From contig JBHHXN010000058.1 in the NCBI GenBank assembly GCA_046757025.1, forward strand, positions 1 to 27,493: DNA of 27,493 nucleotides, in the 5' to 3' direction. Of this stretch, positions 23,816 to 27,493 are shown one piece after another (within the stretch, counting starts at the first letter, position 1; each line of letters opens with the position of its first letter). Made by a program: the position numbers and the translations under genes. Below the pieces are notes generated by a model, which saw nothing but the letters and a program-made list of their open reading frames with translations, ran no database searches and had not been told where the DNA came from. This DNA is from a bacterium (GTDB lineage Bacteria > Zhuqueibacterota > Zhuqueibacteria > Oceanimicrobiales > Oceanimicrobiaceae).

Positions 23816-25762
23816 TCATTTAATATACCCCAAACTCTTCAAATGCTCCTTCAGTTTTTCATCCGAAGTCGATGTGAGCGGTTTGCGGCTTTGCTGAAAA
23901 TTAAAGGCATCGTAGGTGGGGATAAACTCAATCGGGTGGTCCTGCACAAAATCTTCTTCGAAAACATCCGTTAATACCTGGCCGTCCATATCCCGGCCGA
24001 TGGGCAGCCCCAGGTTGTAAAGCAGTGTGGGCGTGATATCCAGCACGCTGGCTTTCTCGATTCGATGATTCTTTTTGACATTTTTTCCTGAAAGAATAAA
24101 AACGCCTTTTACCGGATTCCCGTGGCCGCCGGATTTCCAGAAACCGTCCCGAGGACTCGATTCAAAACCGTGGTCCGAGAGAATCATAACCATGGTCCTG
24201 TCGTCGGCTAAAGTCAACAGCTCCCCTAAAATTTCGTCGGTATATCTGTAGTATTCGCGAATGGTATTTTGAAACAGCGCCAGATTGACGGGTTGAATGT
24301 CGTCAAAATCCTCGGGCCGGGTCCAGCGCCAGAAAGCATGCTGCACCGGATCGATGCCTTTTAAATAAATGGCGTACACCTGCGGCTGAAATTTTTTCCC
24401 CAGATAGAGCCCTAAATTCTTTTTATTTTGATCGCGCAAATAAATCCAGCCGAGATACGACAAGGCGTTTTTTAAATGGTCATCCGTGTACAGATTGTGA
24501 TAATTTCTCGGACCGATTTTCAAAGAATCGATTTCGTTTTTGACATTTTCCGCTACCGCTTCTGGCAGCGTCACAAATCGCAACAGCTTGGCTTGCTGTT
24601 TGAACTGCCCCATGGACAGCAGTTTGTCCTGTATTTCATCGATGAGTGTGTCCGGGTAGGTCATGCCGAAATGGCTGGATAGCGTCTCGTTTACGGTGTC
24701 CCACATGAAGCGGTCGGAGACGATAAACCCCAGCACTTCGTCCGCGGGCCAAGTAGGCCACCAGCCGAGGACGCCCACGGGAATGTCCACGTCGTTCAGA
24801 ATATTCCAGAACGCCTTGGTTTTGCGTATATGGTTGTTCACCGGCAAGGTCTGAATCCCAACCAGGTCCAGAAACTCGCTGGCCCCAAACATCAGTGGAT
24901 AGTAGTTCCAGAACAAGGTATTGAGCGTGGGAATTTTTCGGCAGACGAAATCCAGGATGCCGTGTTTGTGCATGGATTTGCCGGTGCCGATGGACGACCA
25001 GATCACCGGCGATTTCGTAGGTTTGTAGGTTTTCAAATCGCCGTAAACGCCCTGCTGTATGAGCCGGGAAAAATTCGGCACCTCGCCATCGTCCACTAGT
25101 TTTTGCAGTATTTGCCAATCTGCGCCATCCACACCGATGAGCAGGATTTTGGTGTCGTTGGTTTTGGCGGCCATGCTGTTTAATTTCGCGCTGGCATTAG
25201 ATGCCGCGGCTGAATCCACAGCATCATTTTTTTTAAAATAGTCCACAGAAATGAACAGCGCCGCCTGAATTGCATACATCGCTGCGAAGCTCCACAGCCA
25301 TTTTTTGCTGCTGGCGAAAGCCCCTTTGAGTATCACGCGATTGGCAATGAGCATGCAGATGGCCAGCAGAAAAAACAAACCTATTAATAAAAATCCCATC
25401 CCGAAGTATCCCAGTTTGTTCAAAAAGGCCAATTGCGTAGGAACCGAGCTTCTATCCATTTTCATAAACAAGACAAAAGAGGAAGCCAGCCAGCCAATAT
25501 TTACGGCAAAAAGCAGGTTTTCGTAGAGCTGAATTCCGGAGACGTGAAAAAGCCCGGTCACAAGCGTGGTGATGAGCAGACTGCACATCAATCCGACGAT
25601 CCCGTAAAAAACCGCGGAATAAATAGGAAAGATGAAAATATCAGGGATCAGCTGGTGATAGGAAAAAAGAGTCAGGGCGCCGGCAAACAAACCGTAAATT
25701 GCTCCAGTAAAAAAGCCAATATTAAGCGTTAATTGAAAATTCCTTTTGGTGTTTGTAGACAT
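23816..25762 (-). CDS. Membrane-anchored alkaline phosphatase superfamily enzyme (type I phosphodiesterase / nucleotide pyrophosphatase-like)
   Basis: About 5 N-terminal TM helices. IGVDGADW, PTKSPVIWSSIGTG (Ser nucleophile position), DPVQH, SDHGF, GH, DITPTLL..GLP..DMDG, and C-terminal LKSLGYI. Confidence 0.88.
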   Translation of the reverse strand: MSTNTKRNFQLTLNIGFFTGAIYGLFAGALTLFSYHQLIPDIFIFPIYSAVFYGIVGLMCSLLITTLVTGLFHVSGIQLYENLLFAVNIGWLASSFVLFMKMDRSSVPTQLAFLNKLGYFGMGFLLIGLFFLLAICMLIANRVILKGAFASSKKWLWSFAAMYAIQAALFISVDYFKKNDAVDSAAASNASAKLNSMAAKTNDTKILLIGVDGADWQILQKLVDDGEVPNFSRLIQQGVYGDLKTYKPTKSPVIWSSIGTGKSMHKHGILDFVCRKIPTLNTLFWNYYPLMFGASEFLDLVGIQTLPVNNHIRKTKAFWNILNDVDIPVGVLGWWPTWPADEVLGFIVSDRFMWDTVNETLSSHFGMTYPDTLIDEIQDKLLSMGQFKQQAKLLRFVTLPEAVAENVKNEIDSLKIGPRNYHNLYTDDHLKNALSYLGWIYLRDQNKKNLGLYLGKKFQPQVYAIYLKGIDPVQHAFWRWTRPEDFDDIQPVNLALFQNTIREYYRYTDEILGELLTLADDRTMVMILSDHGFESSPRDGFWKSGGHGNPVKGVFILSGKNVKKNHRIEKASVLDITPTLLYNLGLPIGRDMDGQVLTDVFEEDFVQDHPIEFIPTYDAFNFQQSRKPLTSTSDEKLKEHLKSLGYIK

Positions 25763-25797
25763 GGTTTCCTTTCTTTTATAAGCTTTTTTCTGGCCGG

Positions 25798-25826
25798 AAT
25801 GTACAATTTTACGGGTGAATTATCAA
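25798..25826 (-). promoter_or_regulatory. Sigma-70-type promoter
   Basis: Minus strand TTGATA-17 bp-TACATT, 35 bp upstream of ATG 25762. Confidence 0.55.
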
Positions 25827-26335
25827 CTGTATTTTGATTTGTTAAATTGATTTCATAATCAGAATCGGTCTATTTTGAGATGAACTTTATCGCAAAACAG
25901 ATATGGAACATATACCTTCATCAGGAATAAATGAAGAAAGCGGGCAGGCCTTTTTGAATAGTAAGAAATAGTAAACAGAGGCGATAATTAATGTCTGACC
26001 CCAAAAGTCGTTGAGGAGAGTTAATTCTCCTGGAGAGCTATGGTCGATAGAATTTGGCCTTTCAAGAAAACGCCAAGTTTCAGCGCTTGGGCGGATTTGA
26101 TGCACAGCATTTAGCATTACAACAAAACTTTACCGAAGAAATAACCGTTGCAAAACCTCCCACGCTAGCCCAATCCGCTGGAAATTTTTGTTAGGACTTG
26201 ACTTTTGATGTTCTCACTTTTTTATTCATTGGTATCCCATGGAATATCAATCGTAGCAATCTACGGACTGCTATCACCCGCCTGACTAAATACAGATCTG
26301 TCAGGAACTGAAGTTTTCTTAGAGACATTAGTGGA

Positions 26336-26706
26336 CTATATGTCTCTCTTTGCTAATGCATTCTGTACAGCACGTAGTAATTCGGTCTGTTTGAAAGGTT
26401 TGAGGAAAGTCCGCCAACAGCGCCAACTTTTAAATCCACCTCCAAGTAAGGGGTATCCATGGATGCGGTAATTGCAATCACAGGCAACTCAGGATTGGTT
26501 CTTATTATGCTTCTTATAGTCTCTATCCCTTCCATTTCCGGCATAAGGATATCGGTAACGACCGCGTCAGGATCGTGTTGTTCGATCATTGTCATACCTT
26601 CTTTGCCATTTGAAGCTTCGAGAACTTCATAACCCCCTCTTTCCAACATTTCGCGAATAGCGTCGCGAGTATCATCAATGTCATCGATTACCAAAACTGT
26701 TGCCAT
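26336..26706 (-). pseudogene. Single-domain response regulator (CheY-like receiver), frameshifted just before the conserved KP motif
   Basis: VLVIDD, TDILMP and IAITA in frame. After GAVGGL the conserved LKPFKQTELLRAVQNALAKRDI* continues in another frame (shift near 26402-26409). Confidence 0.8.
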
Positions 26707-26717
26707 GATGGCTTCTC

Positions 26718-26908
26718 CTATTCACGTGAGTCCAATATGTCACGTACGGTTGTTCCGAGAGTTTCTTTTGTATAAGGCTTTTGGAGTATCCTGATATCTT
26801 CTTGTCTTAAGTTACTCAATTCATTTAACTGAGCTTTCATAGCATAGCCTGTTACAAAAAGAACAGGTATATAAGATTTGAATGATTTCATTCTTTGACA
26901 AACTTCTA
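26718..26908 (-). pseudogene. 3' remnant of a receiver domain (likely the end of a hybrid histidine kinase), truncated by IS630
   Basis: LEVCQRMK..PVLFVTGY..LQKPYT..VRDILD is the second half of a receiver domain. It begins exactly at the IS boundary TA (26907-26908). Confidence 0.75.
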
Positions 26909-27493
26909 ATGTCATGTCAAGTTAATAAGATTGGGTATTTATGTTGATTTTTAACCTATTTTGTATTATTTTACCTCAAAGCCATATTATTGACAAAAGC
27001 TTTGAGGTGAGCAATGAAAAAACACGTTGTTCGATTATCCAGAGATGAGCGTGAGAAATTAAAGAAGTTGACAACCTCAGGTCGCGGTCCGGCACGAATG
27101 TTTACTCGGGCGCGAATATTGCTTAAGGCAGACCAGAGCGATGACGGTCCAGGATGGTCCGATGATAAAATTAGCGAAGCATTCGATGTAACTGTGCAGA
27201 CGGTCGAACGAGTTCGCAAACAGCTTGTAGAAGAAGGATTCGATGCCGTTTTAGCTCGGCGAGAATATAAGCAGAAAGTTTCTCGCAAAAAAATTGATGG
27301 TGACGTGGAAGCCCATCTGATTGCTCTTTCGTGCAGTGATCCCCCAGAGGGTCGAGCCAGGTGGACCCTACGTCTGTTGGCACAAAAGGTAGTCGAACTC
27401 GGATATGTAGAGAACATTTCGCATGAAGCTATCCGCCAAACATTAAAAAAAACGAACTTAAACCGTGGCTGAAACAGCAGTGGTGTATTCCAC
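26909..27493 (+). mobile_element. IS630-family insertion sequence (left end; runs off the window)
   Basis: TA target followed by ATGTCATGTCAAGTTAA, then the transposase ORF. Confidence 0.85.
27014..27493 (+). CDS. IS630-family transposase (OrfA, continuing into OrfB via a -1 frameshift; partial)
   Basis: RARILLKAD, TVERVRK and PPEGRARWTLRLLA HTH region. A8 tract at 27445-27452; the -1 frame reads NELKPWLKQQWCIP. Confidence 0.9.

Noticed and set aside
25989..26330. Possible IS630-derived MITE bounded by TAATGTCT / AGACATTA
   Set aside because: Only 8 bp of inverted match, which is expected by chance over this span, although it resembles the IS630 end TAATGTC.

Overview
Bacterial chromosomal window from a diderm. 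The lipoproteins, the Omp85 barrel, the NYPNPFNP-type C-terminal sorting tail and the sigma-54 activator suggest an FCB-group lineage such as KSB1 or Calditrichota (inference). From left to right: (1) a GAF-AAA+-HTH sigma-54 activator, a four-helix-bundle gene relic and a candidate enhancer plus -24/-12 promoter, followed by a co-oriented envelope cluster: a compact penicillin-acylase-family Ntn hydrolase with a sorting tail, three lipoproteins (two share an unnamed beta domain), a membrane SpoIIE/PP2C sensor phosphatase and a POTRA-less Omp85 barrel; (2) Smr and YfcE-like genes, two tRNA-Lys genes, a DedA/VTT gene and a candidate ~130-nt three-hairpin sRNA with its own promoter and terminator; (3) lgt and a partial cytochrome c maturation operon (CcmI-like zinc-ribbon protein, ccmA, ccmB, ccmC, and a CcmD-like helix fused behind a secreted beta domain); (4) a prolyl oligopeptidase, a Met-rich DUF1579-like protein, a zinc metalloprotease and a membrane alkaline-phosphatase-superfamily enzyme; (5) a decayed two-component locus interrupted by an IS630 element that runs off the window end. 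Intergenic spaces hold several 150-200 bp MITE-like elements, each with a different palindromic core. All calls are from visual motif recognition; no searches were run.
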